Below, piece by piece: positions 35,340 to 45,135 of a DNA stretch of 64,000 nt (positions within the stretch are counted from its first letter, which is position 1; every line of letters begins with the position of its first letter). The DNA is from Candidatus Latescibacterota bacterium (GTDB lineage Bacteria > Latescibacterota > UBA2968 > UBA8231). Location of the stretch: contig OZ253462.1 of assembly GCA_965261395.1 (NCBI GenBank), forward strand, positions 3,840,001 through 3,904,000, given 5' to 3'. Made by a program: the position numbers and the translations under genes. The notes below the pieces were generated by a model. The model saw nothing but the letters and a program-made list of their open reading frames with translations. It made no database searches and was not told where the DNA came from.

Positions 35340-36200
35340 GTGAACATGCGCGTCTTGTGGTTGGTAGCGCTGTTGCCAGCTTTGGCTGGAGCTCAGCCGT
35401 CGTGGCAGGAGAGTATGCCGACTGAGGTCCGGCTGGAGCTGTTCAGCGCTATTAAGACGGCCAATTACCCCACCACTGAAACGCTGTATCAAGGCGATTT
35501 CCACTACGAGATTTCGCACCGCTTTTCCCCGCCGATTGACGAGGGGTACAAGGCCAACTTCGGTTTTGATGGGCCGGCCAATATCCGCACCTCGCTGAGT
35601 TACGGCCTTAGCGACCGGCTGATGGCGACCTTGGGGCGAAGTAATGTGCTGGACAATTTGGATCTACAGTTGCAATACCATTGGCTGCAATTTTCCCACG
35701 AGCACTTGCCGGCGGTCGTGGCCCTAAACGTCGGCATGGCTTGGAATACGGAGATGCCGGCGATTGTCGAGCGCAATGCTGCTGCTGCTGACAATTTTCA
35801 GTACTATGGGCAATTGATTGTCAATGCGCTGCTGGACGAAAGGTTGGGCATAGGATTGGTGCCTTCCTATCTGTACAACAGCGCTATTTTCAGCGTCGAT
35901 AGGCAGTACACCTTTACGCTGGGGACCTATGTCCAGTATTACTTCGACGATACGTGGGGCGTGTGGTTGGAGTACAGTCCGACCCTGACCGGGTACCAGG
36001 GCATTTTATTGCCGGGCGAAGTGGGCCGCTCGCACAATTCGCTGGCTTGGGGCCTGTCTATAGATACGGGGGGACATACCTTTTACATTTTCGCCACCAA
36101 CAATACGCGCCTTAGTCCAGCCCAGTATTTGGTGGGGGCACCCGACGAAGCGGCCCCTAGCAACTGGCGCATGGGCTTTGGAATTACGCGCTTTTTGTAA
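35340..36200 (+). CDS. DUF5777-like outer-membrane beta-barrel protein
   Basis: ISHRF, FGFDGPA, TGGHTF..F.TN and terminal GFGITRF. Confidence 0.8.
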   Translation: MNMRVLWLVALLPALAGAQPSWQESMPTEVRLELFSAIKTANYPTTETLYQGDFHYEISHRFSPPIDEGYKANFGFDGPANIRTSLSYGLSDRLMATLGRSNVLDNLDLQLQYHWLQFSHEHLPAVVALNVGMAWNTEMPAIVERNAAAADNFQYYGQLIVNALLDERLGIGLVPSYLYNSAIFSVDRQYTFTLGTYVQYYFDDTWGVWLEYSPTLTGYQGILLPGEVGRSHNSLAWGLSIDTGGHTFYIFATNNTRLSPAQYLVGAPDEAAPSNWRMGFGITRFL

Positions 36201-36213
36201 GGCCCTGCGCATC

Positions 36214-37452
36214 GTGCTCGACGACCGCTTCATCCGCCCCCGCTATAACGGCCACTGTTTTGCCGACCTGCCGGCCACCATCAAATACGTTCTGACGGGC
36301 CAAGGATCGCCCAGCCTCGACCCGGCGCTCTTGACGGCTGTGCAAGGCCCCTGCGACACTGTGGTGCTCTTTTTTATTGACGCCTTTGGCTGGCGCTTTT
36401 TCGAGCGCTACCAGGACCGCTATCCCTTCCTCAGCGATATTAGCCGTGGGGGGTCGGTGGCCCGCCTCACCTCCCAGTTTCCATCTACCACCGCCGCTCA
36501 CATCACCTGCATTCACACGGGCCAGCCAGCCGGGCACAGCGGCGTCTTTGAATGGCAGTACTACGAGCCAAGCCTCGACGCTATTATCACCCCGCTGCCC
36601 TTTGCCCGAGCCGACAGCAACCGGCCCAATTCGCTGCCACAGGAAGCGGCTCGGACCGTCTTCCCTCAGGGCACGTTGTACCAAGAGTTGGGGCAGTTAG
36701 GGGTCGAGAGTTGCGTTTTCCAAAGCCGCGCCTTTACTCCCTCGACCTGCTCTGACACGTATTTGCAAGGTGCCCAAGTCTATCCCTGCTACACTCTTTC
36801 CGAGGCCCTGACCAATCTGGCATCTCTGCTGCAAAAACCGCGTTCAGGGCCGGCCTATTTCCTGTTCTACTTCGACCAAATCGACCTTATAGGCCACTGC
36901 TACGGTCCGGACTCGCCGCAGTTTCAAGTCGAAATCGACACCTTTCTGACCGCGGTTGAGCGGCTCTTTTGGCGTCCGCTAGCCGGCCGTTTGCAGCGCA
37001 CTCTGTTCGCCCTCATCGCCGATCACGGTCAGGCTGCGGTCAACCCGGAAACCACCGTGTACATCAATGACGAGACTCGCTTTCCCGGCTTGGTTCCGAT
37101 GCTGCGCACTGATCGCGCCGGTCGCCCTCTAGTGCCAGCCGGCGCGTGCCGCGATTTCTTTCTCTACGTCGAGGACGACCGGCTCGACGAAGCCCACGCC
37201 TTGTTGGCCCGCCAACTCGAAGGCTGTGCCCAAGTCTGCCGCACCGCGGATCTGATCGAAGCTGGCCTCTTTGGACCACTGCCGCTGTCTCAGCGCTTTC
37301 TCGACCGGGTGGGCAACTTGGTCGTCCTGCCCTTTGCCGGCGAGTCGGTCTGGTGGTACGAAAAAGACAAATTTGAGATGAAAAAGCACGGTGCCCACGG
37401 GGGCCTGACCCCGGCCGAAGTAGAAATCCCGCTGCTGCTGTTCTATTTTTGA
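36214..37452 (+). CDS. Alkaline phosphatase / nucleotide pyrophosphatase superfamily protein
   Basis: IDAFG, FPSTT, D..GH.YGP, ADHG, HGG. Confidence 0.88.
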   Translation: MLDDRFIRPRYNGHCFADLPATIKYVLTGQGSPSLDPALLTAVQGPCDTVVLFFIDAFGWRFFERYQDRYPFLSDISRGGSVARLTSQFPSTTAAHITCIHTGQPAGHSGVFEWQYYEPSLDAIITPLPFARADSNRPNSLPQEAARTVFPQGTLYQELGQLGVESCVFQSRAFTPSTCSDTYLQGAQVYPCYTLSEALTNLASLLQKPRSGPAYFLFYFDQIDLIGHCYGPDSPQFQVEIDTFLTAVERLFWRPLAGRLQRTLFALIADHGQAAVNPETTVYINDETRFPGLVPMLRTDRAGRPLVPAGACRDFFLYVEDDRLDEAHALLARQLEGCAQVCRTADLIEAGLFGPLPLSQRFLDRVGNLVVLPFAGESVWWYEKDKFEMKKHGAHGGLTPAEVEIPLLLFYF

Positions 37453-39224
37453 CCCTTGGCCAGAAAAACCATTCGCCTGACCACCTCGTGAACTTCATCC
37501 GCCAGTTCTATCGCCTCGTCCGTCCCCAACGTACCCTCCTGGCCCTGACCATCGGCTGCGGATTCCTCTTTGTTGCCACCAACCTGCTGCCGCCCTTGGT
37601 CATCCGCCGCCTCATCCAATGGCTCACCGAAGGGGGTGGCTCCTCGGCCGGTCTGCTGAAGCTATCCCTCTTGCTGCTGGGCACCTACCTGATCCGGGGC
37701 TTGGTGCGCTACGGCTATGGCCTGTACTCGCACATGGCCGCCTATCAAGTCATGCACCGGCTTATGACCAGGGTGTACCGCCATTTGCAACGGATGCCGC
37801 ACCGCTTTTTCCACCAGCGCCGCACCGGCGAACTCATGGCTCGTTCCATCAACGACGTGGAGACTGTGGAGGACTTTATCGCCCACGGCATTCCCGAGAC
37901 CTTTATCGCCTTGGTCATTCCCGGTGCCATGTTGACCGTGCTGTTCATCCTCGACGCCCGCCTCGCCCTCATCGCGCTGCTGCCCATCCCCCTGACCGCC
38001 TTCCTCGTCTTTCGCTACGTCTCGCGGGTGCGGGGCATGTGGGCCGGAGTGCGGGGCGGCTTGGGCGATTTGGTGGCCCAAGTGCAGGACTACCTCTCCG
38101 GCGTCTCCGTCATTAAATCGTTCGTCCAGGAAGAGCGCTGCGCCCGCAGCATCGAGGCCCGCAGCCAGACCTTCCGCGACCGCATGATCGCCGCCAACAA
38201 GCTCTCGATTATCCCCTCCGGCCTAATCGAAGGAGCCGGTGGGGTAGGGGTGGTGCTGGTGATCTGGGCGGGGGGCACTGATGCGCTCCAAGGCGGCATT
38301 TCCGTGGCCGATCTGTTTGTCTTCGTCGCCTATATGGCCCATATCTACGAGCCTTTTCTGCGCTTGGCCGCCATCAACGACGTGCTGCAGAAAGCGGCCT
38401 CCAGCACCGAGCGGGTCTTCGCCTTGCTGGCGCAAAAACCTACTATCGTTGACGCGCCCAACGCCGTGGCTCCAGCCCATTTGGACTGGTCCTTGCGCTT
38501 CGATCACCTCACCTTTGGCTACGAGCCGGACCAGTTCGTGCTGCACGATATTGATTTCCAGGTAGAAGCCGGACAGGTGGTGGCCTTGGTCGGCCCCACG
38601 GGCGCTGGCAAGAGCACCATTGCCGCCCTAGTGCCGCGCTACTACGACCCGCAAGGGGGCCGAGTCGAACTGGGAGGGCGCGATGTGCGGAGCCTGCCCT
38701 TGGACTATCTGCGCGGCCACATCGCCTCCGTCCCCCAAGACGTCTTTCTCTTTCACGGCACCGTGCGCGACAACATCCTCTTTGGCCGACCCGAAGCCAG
38801 CCAGGCCGACATGGAGGAAGCAGCCCGGGCGGCCAATGCCGAGGAATTCATCTGCGATTTGCCCGAAGGCTACGACACTTTGATCGGCGAGCGCGGCGTG
38901 CGTCTGTCGGGCGGCCAAAAGCAGCGTCTATCCATTGCCCGCGCCTTGCTCAAAAACGTCCCGGTCCTACTCCTCGACGAGGCCACTTCCTCGGTGGACA
39001 CCGCAACCGAGGCCCTCATCCAAGAGGCCGTCCAGCGCCTCATCCACAACCGCACCACCTTGGTCATTGCCCACCGCCTGTCCACCGTGCGCCGGGCCGA
39101 TTTGATCCTAGTGCTGGACCGAGGCCGCATTGTCGAGCGCGGCACGCACGAATCCTTACTCGCCGGGGGCGGTCTCTACACCCACATGGTTCAGGCCCAG
39201 GAATTGACCGACGCGCTGGTCTAA
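37449..39224 (+). CDS. ABC exporter, fused permease/ATPase
   Basis: TM domain; GPTGAGKS, LSGGQKQR, LLLDEATS; start codon uncertain. Confidence 0.93.
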   Translation: MTLGQKNHSPDHLVNFIRQFYRLVRPQRTLLALTIGCGFLFVATNLLPPLVIRRLIQWLTEGGGSSAGLLKLSLLLLGTYLIRGLVRYGYGLYSHMAAYQVMHRLMTRVYRHLQRMPHRFFHQRRTGELMARSINDVETVEDFIAHGIPETFIALVIPGAMLTVLFILDARLALIALLPIPLTAFLVFRYVSRVRGMWAGVRGGLGDLVAQVQDYLSGVSVIKSFVQEERCARSIEARSQTFRDRMIAANKLSIIPSGLIEGAGGVGVVLVIWAGGTDALQGGISVADLFVFVAYMAHIYEPFLRLAAINDVLQKAASSTERVFALLAQKPTIVDAPNAVAPAHLDWSLRFDHLTFGYEPDQFVLHDIDFQVEAGQVVALVGPTGAGKSTIAALVPRYYDPQGGRVELGGRDVRSLPLDYLRGHIASVPQDVFLFHGTVRDNILFGRPEASQADMEEAARAANAEEFICDLPEGYDTLIGERGVRLSGGQKQRLSIARALLKNVPVLLLDEATSSVDTATEALIQEAVQRLIHNRTTLVIAHRLSTVRRADLILVLDRGRIVERGTHESLLAGGGLYTHMVQAQELTDALV

Positions 39225-39255
39225 AACCGCCTAAAGGCTCAAAGGTAAGGTCAGG

Positions 39256-41604
39256 TCAATAGGCGACGGCGACGGTGCGCAGGGTAGTGTCTACGCCCGC
39301 GTCAGCACCTAGGTCTATGCGGTAGAGATAGGCACCCGGCCGCACAAGGTTCCCAGCCGCATCGCGACCGGTCCAGCTAAAGACGTAGGTTGCGCCTTGT
39401 ACGGTTGGTGGTGGGAGTTCGGATACTGGGCGTCCGGCTAGATCATAGATCAGCACTCGAGGTGTCTGATCCGTCACCTTGAAGGCGACGAAGCGGATCA
39501 GGACCTCATCGTTGGTACCATCGCCGTTGGGGGTCAGCACCGGGGAGGAGAGCGAAAGCTCGTCAATGAGCTTGGTGGCGTCTGCGAGAGCGGGCAACAT
39601 GACTATATTGGCGCGGCGAGTTTCCGCCTCGACCGATTGCCACAAGTCGGGCCGTTCGCTCGAACCCAGATCTAGGCCGAAGAGCGTGGCGTTTTGCACT
39701 ACACGGGTGGTGAAACTGACCTCAACTGAGTCGGCTGTAACGGCGGAGGGCAGGTCAATGTGCAGGGAGTCGGCGCGGATGTCGACAAAGGACGGCTCGA
39801 CGGCCACACCACCTATTTGCACATCGATGCCTGATGCCGCAGCAGACAGATCAAAGCGCATCAGGTCGAATCCCGAGTCCTCGGGGTCGCTTGTGGGCAA
39901 GACCGAATAGGTGAAGCGGGTGTCCTCGTTGGGCTGGGCGGTTCTGGGCTCGATGCGGCCTAGTGCGCCCTGCAAGAGCGCGTCCTCATACTCAATGGAC
40001 AGTGCGGAGACTTTGGGCGCTACTTGCGGATCGTCTGTCGAGAGGATCATCTCCAGCTGCATAAAGCGGCGCGGGCTCTGCGATTTGAAGGCTTCGCCGG
40101 AAAAGGTGTACTCCTCGCTCCACTCGTTCCAGTCCTCGCTCACTACGACGGTTGTGTCGACCGCCCCTCTGAGCACTTTCGGTGAACTGAGCCATTTTTC
40201 TTCTGTAACAATCTCACCAATCTTGTTGTGAAAAGTATAGACTTCGCCTTGGGTATTGCCCGAGCGCGAACGCAGCTCGATGCGCGTTCCGGAGGGAAGA
40301 TCAGCGTCCCATGAAAGGTTGCTGATGACTTTCGGGCGTCCATCGCCAGCGGCTTCTCCAAGGTTGATGAAGGCTGAGCGCAGAACGACTTGGGCGGGAT
40401 GCCCTGGAGAAAATAGCATCATCTCGGACCAACGCGAGCTCCAGCCCTGGGTCGTATGGGGGTGCCAGAACAGATAGCGGATTGGGCGCGGTCTGAAAGC
40501 ATAGCGCAGGTAGCGCAGGGTCGAGAGGTCGGGTTGTTCGATGAGGGGGGTGAAGTCGAAGGCTTCGGGAGTGGGTAGCTCTGAGCTGATTAGCCGCGTG
40601 CCATCCGAATGCAAGAAGCTGAATCCCCGAGGCGCGCTGGCCAGACTACCGACAGTACCCTCACGGGGGCTGAGCGTGTAGAGGAAGAGGCCGTCGAGCC
40701 AGAACGTGGCACCGAGGTCGATGTAAAACCAAGTGCCCTGTTCCTGCCAGGAGCGGACCCTCCCCTCATAGGCGACGGGAATGATGGCGTTGCCGGTATT
40801 CATGTCCGCGTCGAGGATACCTTCATTGCCACGGGCGGTGAGCCCGTCTATGACGGTGCCTCGGCGCAGCGTACCTAGGCTTATATTGTCGCCGACGGCG
40901 ACGACCTCGATCTCCGCTAGGGCACCCTCATGATCGATGGCTTCGACATTGAAGTTGATATACTGGACGAGACGGGACTGGGCTATGTCAGCGGGTTCGA
41001 TGTCGAGGTTGGGGTCGACGACCTGAGCGCTGTCTTGCAGGTCGAATGACAGAGGGATGACGATGGAAGTGTCTTGGTTGGGCTGGGTAGTGAGATAGAC
41101 TGGCCGGTAGAGGAATACGTCTTTCAGTGGGTCAGAGGTTATGCCGGTGGCGGTGAAAACCGTGAATTGGTGGAAAGGTCTAGCACCATCTTGGTCGGGA
41201 AATTCGAGGCGGATCTCCTTGGCGAGTACGGCGCGGCCGAGGTCTATTTGCACAGACCATTCGTCGAGGGCATCGCTGGGGGAGGCCTGCCAAAAGGTTG
41301 CGGAATCGCCGTCGATGATCCGTCCGGCGGCATCCGGGTTGCTGCCGGCTTTCCAGATGCCACCCGCTACGTTGTCGCCCCGCGAGCGGGTAGCATGGGT
41401 AAAAAGATGAGCATTAGCAGTCGCGTTGATGTCCTGGCGAAATTTGACCAGTTGCAGTTGGCCTGCGTCGCCGAACTCGACTAAACCGTAGGGCATTTCC
41501 CAAGTCGATCACGCGGCGGCGTTGTCAAAACGGAGGACCTCGGCACCGATGGCTGCGGTAGAACAGAGGATACAAATTAGTAGAGACCGCACAGGTTGTT
41601 CCAT
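39256..41604 (-). pseudogene. Secreted FlgD-Ig-domain protein interrupted by an in-frame TGA at codon 32
   Basis: ATG at 41604 overlaps the upstream TAA; signal peptide, then FDNAAA*STWEMP in frame with the 746-aa ORF; C-terminal LTPNGDG.ND..IYDLAGR..WTGRD..G.Y. Confidence 0.8.
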
Positions 41605-43709
41605 TAGTAGGCGATGCCCAGCGTCAGCAGTTGTTTTGTCTGGGCAATTTCGGTTAGCAGCGAGACGGAGAGCAGGTAGAAGCCCGGTGACAATAGTTGG
41701 CCCGTTTGATCTCGACCGTCCCAGCCGAGTTGGTGGGATCCGGACCTCTGCATGCCTTGCTCGATGTAAGCGACTCGACGGCCGTCGAGCGCATAAACTT
41801 CTAGCGCTACGGGTGCTGGGGCGGTGAGGCGGAACAAGGAATAGCTGATATCCAACTGGTCGTGGATGCCATCTCCGTTGGGGGTCAGCACTGGAGTGGA
41901 GAGGGTAAGCGACTGGATGAAATCGGGCGACTTACTCGCGGCAGCCAGCACCTGTAGACTGCTTGTCGAGATCGCCTCGCTAGCATCGCCGGGCGCGATC
42001 GGTTGGGGCAGGCTTTCGCTACTCGCGTTAAATATGTCACCAGCAAAAGTAGCGGCGAGTTCGAAAACTTCGCTGGCGAATACTACGCGTATGGGGGCAT
42101 TGTTGGTGTGGGATATTTTTTCGCTCAGGTGAAGGATCAGGCTGTCTTCTCCTTCTATTACTTGGGCCGGATCGACTGTAGCGGGCGGTGAACCCATTGC
42201 TAGGCTGCGGAAGATGGCTTTGCTGCCTGTGTGGATCCGCAGTGCGTCGAAGCCCGGTGTGGTCCCATCGTCGAATTCGGCGCGAACTTCGTAAACGAAT
42301 TCAGTCTGTTGACCCAATTCCACTTCGGTGATGCCCCGCGTTGGTTGCAGATCGTCAAGCTTAGCCACTTCGGCGTAAACTTCATCGGCCAAGAGCGGGG
42401 CCGTCTCGATCCACAGTGAGTCGAGACGTATCCATGCGTTGAAGTCCCTGCTCTCCAATGCAAGATTGAGTTGTAGATGCGATCCACTTCTGAGTCGGAG
42501 ATTGCCTCCAGATTTGGTAAAAGGTACCGACCAGAAGGACCAATTTTCACTATCGTAGCCGACCGAGGCGCGTAGGCCGGGTTGGGGTTCGCGGTTGAAC
42601 AGCGGCGTGAGCGCCTCATAGGCTGCGCGCGATACTTCTCTTTCGCGGCCGAGATCGGTGAATTCGTTGTAGGTCACGGGATTGCCGTCGCGGCCGACGC
42701 GGACTTCGGCCCTGAGCCAGACCGCAGCGTCGGGAGCCTCCACTGCCACTCCGTTTTCTAGGCGCAGCGCTGTGGCCGACCAATGCAGGCGGCCGAAGTT
42801 GACGGCTTCGCCGAGATCGATGGTCTGGCTGAGGTAGACGGCCCTTTGCGGCACGCCTTGGGCGAATATTTCAAAGCCGCCGATGGAGCCCTTTAGCGCC
42901 TGAGCTTGCACCCCCTCGCTGCCGCAGTCTTGGCAGGTGCTGACCGCGTCCTCATCAACCACCGAGAGTTGCCGCCGCCAGCGGAAGTAACGCACGTATT
43001 GCCGTGGGAAATCGACGTGGACGGTGGGATCGAGGTTTTCGGCCACGTTGGCTATCATTTGCTGGAAGGGTTCATAGCCGGCAGATTGCCAAGATTCTGG
43101 GCAGTTGTCCGGTAGCCAGATCCCGACGTTGTTGATGCAGAAATCCTCGCCACCAAACTTGCTGGCAGGCCCGACTATGGCCGGCTCCGCTTCGTCGCCA
43201 ATGGAGATGTCGAAAGCCGGGGTGGCATCGGTGTTCAGCGGTGTACCATCGGAGCGAAAGCCCTGGGAGGGCGTAAAGAATCCGAACTGCAAAGCGGGGA
43301 TCGGCACGGCGGTGTCGAAGGTGTAGAACAGGTCCTTTATTCCTTCCGAGCGGGGTGCGTTGTAAGTGGTAGAGTCCGCGTCGATCAGGAAGACGCCACT
43401 CTGAGTCGGGTCGCCGCCCCTGCCATTCCACCGCTTCCAAACGCGCGGCATATAGCCATCGACATAGCTGAGATTTCTTACGCCGGGAACTCGCCAGAGT
43501 TGCCAGTTTTCCAGCAGGGGAAGGAGGTTTTGGTCCGGCTGCAGATAGCGCGGTTGGATAGAACCGGGGGCGTTGTCAAAATCGACTAAAACCTGCAGGG
43601 AATCGCCTTGGTCCCAAGCTAGGCCGCTGCCACCGATCTGCCACTTTCCAATCTGGGCGTGGCTAACCGTAGCCGCGAGGACCAGGACCAAGAGCCAAGT
43701 ACCGCGCAT
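41604..43709 (-). CDS. Secreted FlgD-Ig-domain protein
   Basis: Signal peptide; C-terminal LTPNGDGIHD..WDGRD..PG.Y; architecture parallels the downstream gene. Confidence 0.85.
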   Translation of the reverse strand: MRGTWLLVLVLAATVSHAQIGKWQIGGSGLAWDQGDSLQVLVDFDNAPGSIQPRYLQPDQNLLPLLENWQLWRVPGVRNLSYVDGYMPRVWKRWNGRGGDPTQSGVFLIDADSTTYNAPRSEGIKDLFYTFDTAVPIPALQFGFFTPSQGFRSDGTPLNTDATPAFDISIGDEAEPAIVGPASKFGGEDFCINNVGIWLPDNCPESWQSAGYEPFQQMIANVAENLDPTVHVDFPRQYVRYFRWRRQLSVVDEDAVSTCQDCGSEGVQAQALKGSIGGFEIFAQGVPQRAVYLSQTIDLGEAVNFGRLHWSATALRLENGVAVEAPDAAVWLRAEVRVGRDGNPVTYNEFTDLGREREVSRAAYEALTPLFNREPQPGLRASVGYDSENWSFWSVPFTKSGGNLRLRSGSHLQLNLALESRDFNAWIRLDSLWIETAPLLADEVYAEVAKLDDLQPTRGITEVELGQQTEFVYEVRAEFDDGTTPGFDALRIHTGSKAIFRSLAMGSPPATVDPAQVIEGEDSLILHLSEKISHTNNAPIRVVFASEVFELAATFAGDIFNASSESLPQPIAPGDASEAISTSSLQVLAAASKSPDFIQSLTLSTPVLTPNGDGIHDQLDISYSLFRLTAPAPVALEVYALDGRRVAYIEQGMQRSGSHQLGWDGRDQTGQLLSPGFYLLSVSLLTEIAQTKQLLTLGIAY

Positions 43710-43831
43710 TGGACTGTACCTTCGCTAGGAGTAACACGAACGGGAAGATAACGAATAATATGGAGAGGGAGAAAGTCAGCACAAAGCACTAGCTGAGCAG
43801 TCAACAGTCCCATCCTGAGAGGTGCCTGCTG

Positions 43832-45094
43832 CTATGGCAGCGAGCCGTTCGGTTCGCCCGCATGATTGTCTCGATGCCTAAAACAAAGCCAAAAAATCGC
43901 CGCGCCAGAGGCAGTTAAGCAGCCTGCCATAAGAAATAGAGCGCGATATCCCACCGCTTCAATCATATAACCCCCACCTAGCGATACGCCGGCATAACCA
44001 AAGCCGGTCATGGTGGCCGCCGCCCCGGCCATCGCTGTCCGCCAGCGCAGTGGCATCATTTCCTGTTGGAACACGGTAAAGGCCGGTCGGCGGATCCCCG
44101 CCAGGCACATCGTGCCCATAAGGCATAAACCAGCGATGCCCCAATGGGGAATTAAAGCGAGGGGGACCAATATCAGGGCCGAGCACAAAACTGCTCCATT
44201 GAACGTGCGGGTGCTCCCAAAACGTCGCACTAGAAAGGGCATCATTAGGGCGGCGGGAATGGCGAGTAATTGTCCTGAGGCGGCCAGCGTGCCAATGAGG
44301 GCGGTACTCGCATTTAATGCGTCATCTAGATAGACGTTTAAAAAAGTGCGGACTGCACCTTCACCGGCGGTATAAAGAAACGCAATAAAAGAGAGTAGCA
44401 GGATGAGCTTCAGCGGCAAAGGGGAGGCATCCGTTGGCGTGTCCTCATGGCGTTCGCGGGTCTGTTGACCCGTTGCCACAAGGACAAACACGCCTGGGGT
44501 GAGTAGCAGGGAAGCAACGAGCAATGTATGCCGATAGGGGGTGGGATGGTCGAGGGAAAGTTGTAAGAGGCCGGCAAAGCCGCCCGGCAGGAAACCCCCG
44601 ACCAAACTGCCCGCGAAACCCGCCAGGGGAAAGAGCGCGGCTTGGAGCGAGAATACGTGGTGGCGCTGGGCGGCGCTGGAGACCTCCATTAGGTAGGGAT
44701 AGCCGTTGACGATATACAGCGAGATGCCGAGTAATCCGAGGGAGTTCGTGCTGAGAATAAAGCTTTGCTGGTGGATCTTAGGGACGAACTCAGCTTGGGA
44801 AAGCAACGCATGGCCGACGATGGCCAAGCTAAGGCCGAGGATCATGGTGCGGCGATTGCCCCAACGGCTGCCGAGGAAACTGCTCGGTAGGCTGGATAGG
44901 GCAAAGGCTAGGCCGCCGACGGCGTTGACTTGGCCGACAAATGCGGGACCGTAGCCCAGCCGCAGCAGATATAAATTGAACAATAGCGAGTAAATGCCGC
45001 TGAATAGGCAAAATCCAACCAACCCAGAAGCAAACAGATACAGGCGAATGTCGCGATTGAAATGGCGAATTGTGCGCAGATATTGGGCTGGCAT
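43832..45094 (-). CDS. MFS transporter
   Basis: About 12 TM helices; motif-A-like GSRWGNRR. Confidence 0.88.
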   Translation of the reverse strand: MPAQYLRTIRHFNRDIRLYLFASGLVGFCLFSGIYSLLFNLYLLRLGYGPAFVGQVNAVGGLAFALSSLPSSFLGSRWGNRRTMILGLSLAIVGHALLSQAEFVPKIHQQSFILSTNSLGLLGISLYIVNGYPYLMEVSSAAQRHHVFSLQAALFPLAGFAGSLVGGFLPGGFAGLLQLSLDHPTPYRHTLLVASLLLTPGVFVLVATGQQTRERHEDTPTDASPLPLKLILLLSFIAFLYTAGEGAVRTFLNVYLDDALNASTALIGTLAASGQLLAIPAALMMPFLVRRFGSTRTFNGAVLCSALILVPLALIPHWGIAGLCLMGTMCLAGIRRPAFTVFQQEMMPLRWRTAMAGAAATMTGFGYAGVSLGGGYMIEAVGYRALFLMAGCLTASGAAIFWLCFRHRDNHAGEPNGSLP

Positions 45095-45135
45095 ACTGCG
45101 GGCTTATGGATCGGGGGCGATGGGACGAACTAGAT

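Noticed and set aside
41509-41511. TGA as selenocysteine or evidence of an alternative genetic code
   Set aside because: Many genes here end normally in TGA, the context suggests Trp rather than a redox Cys, and I could not identify a SECIS hairpin
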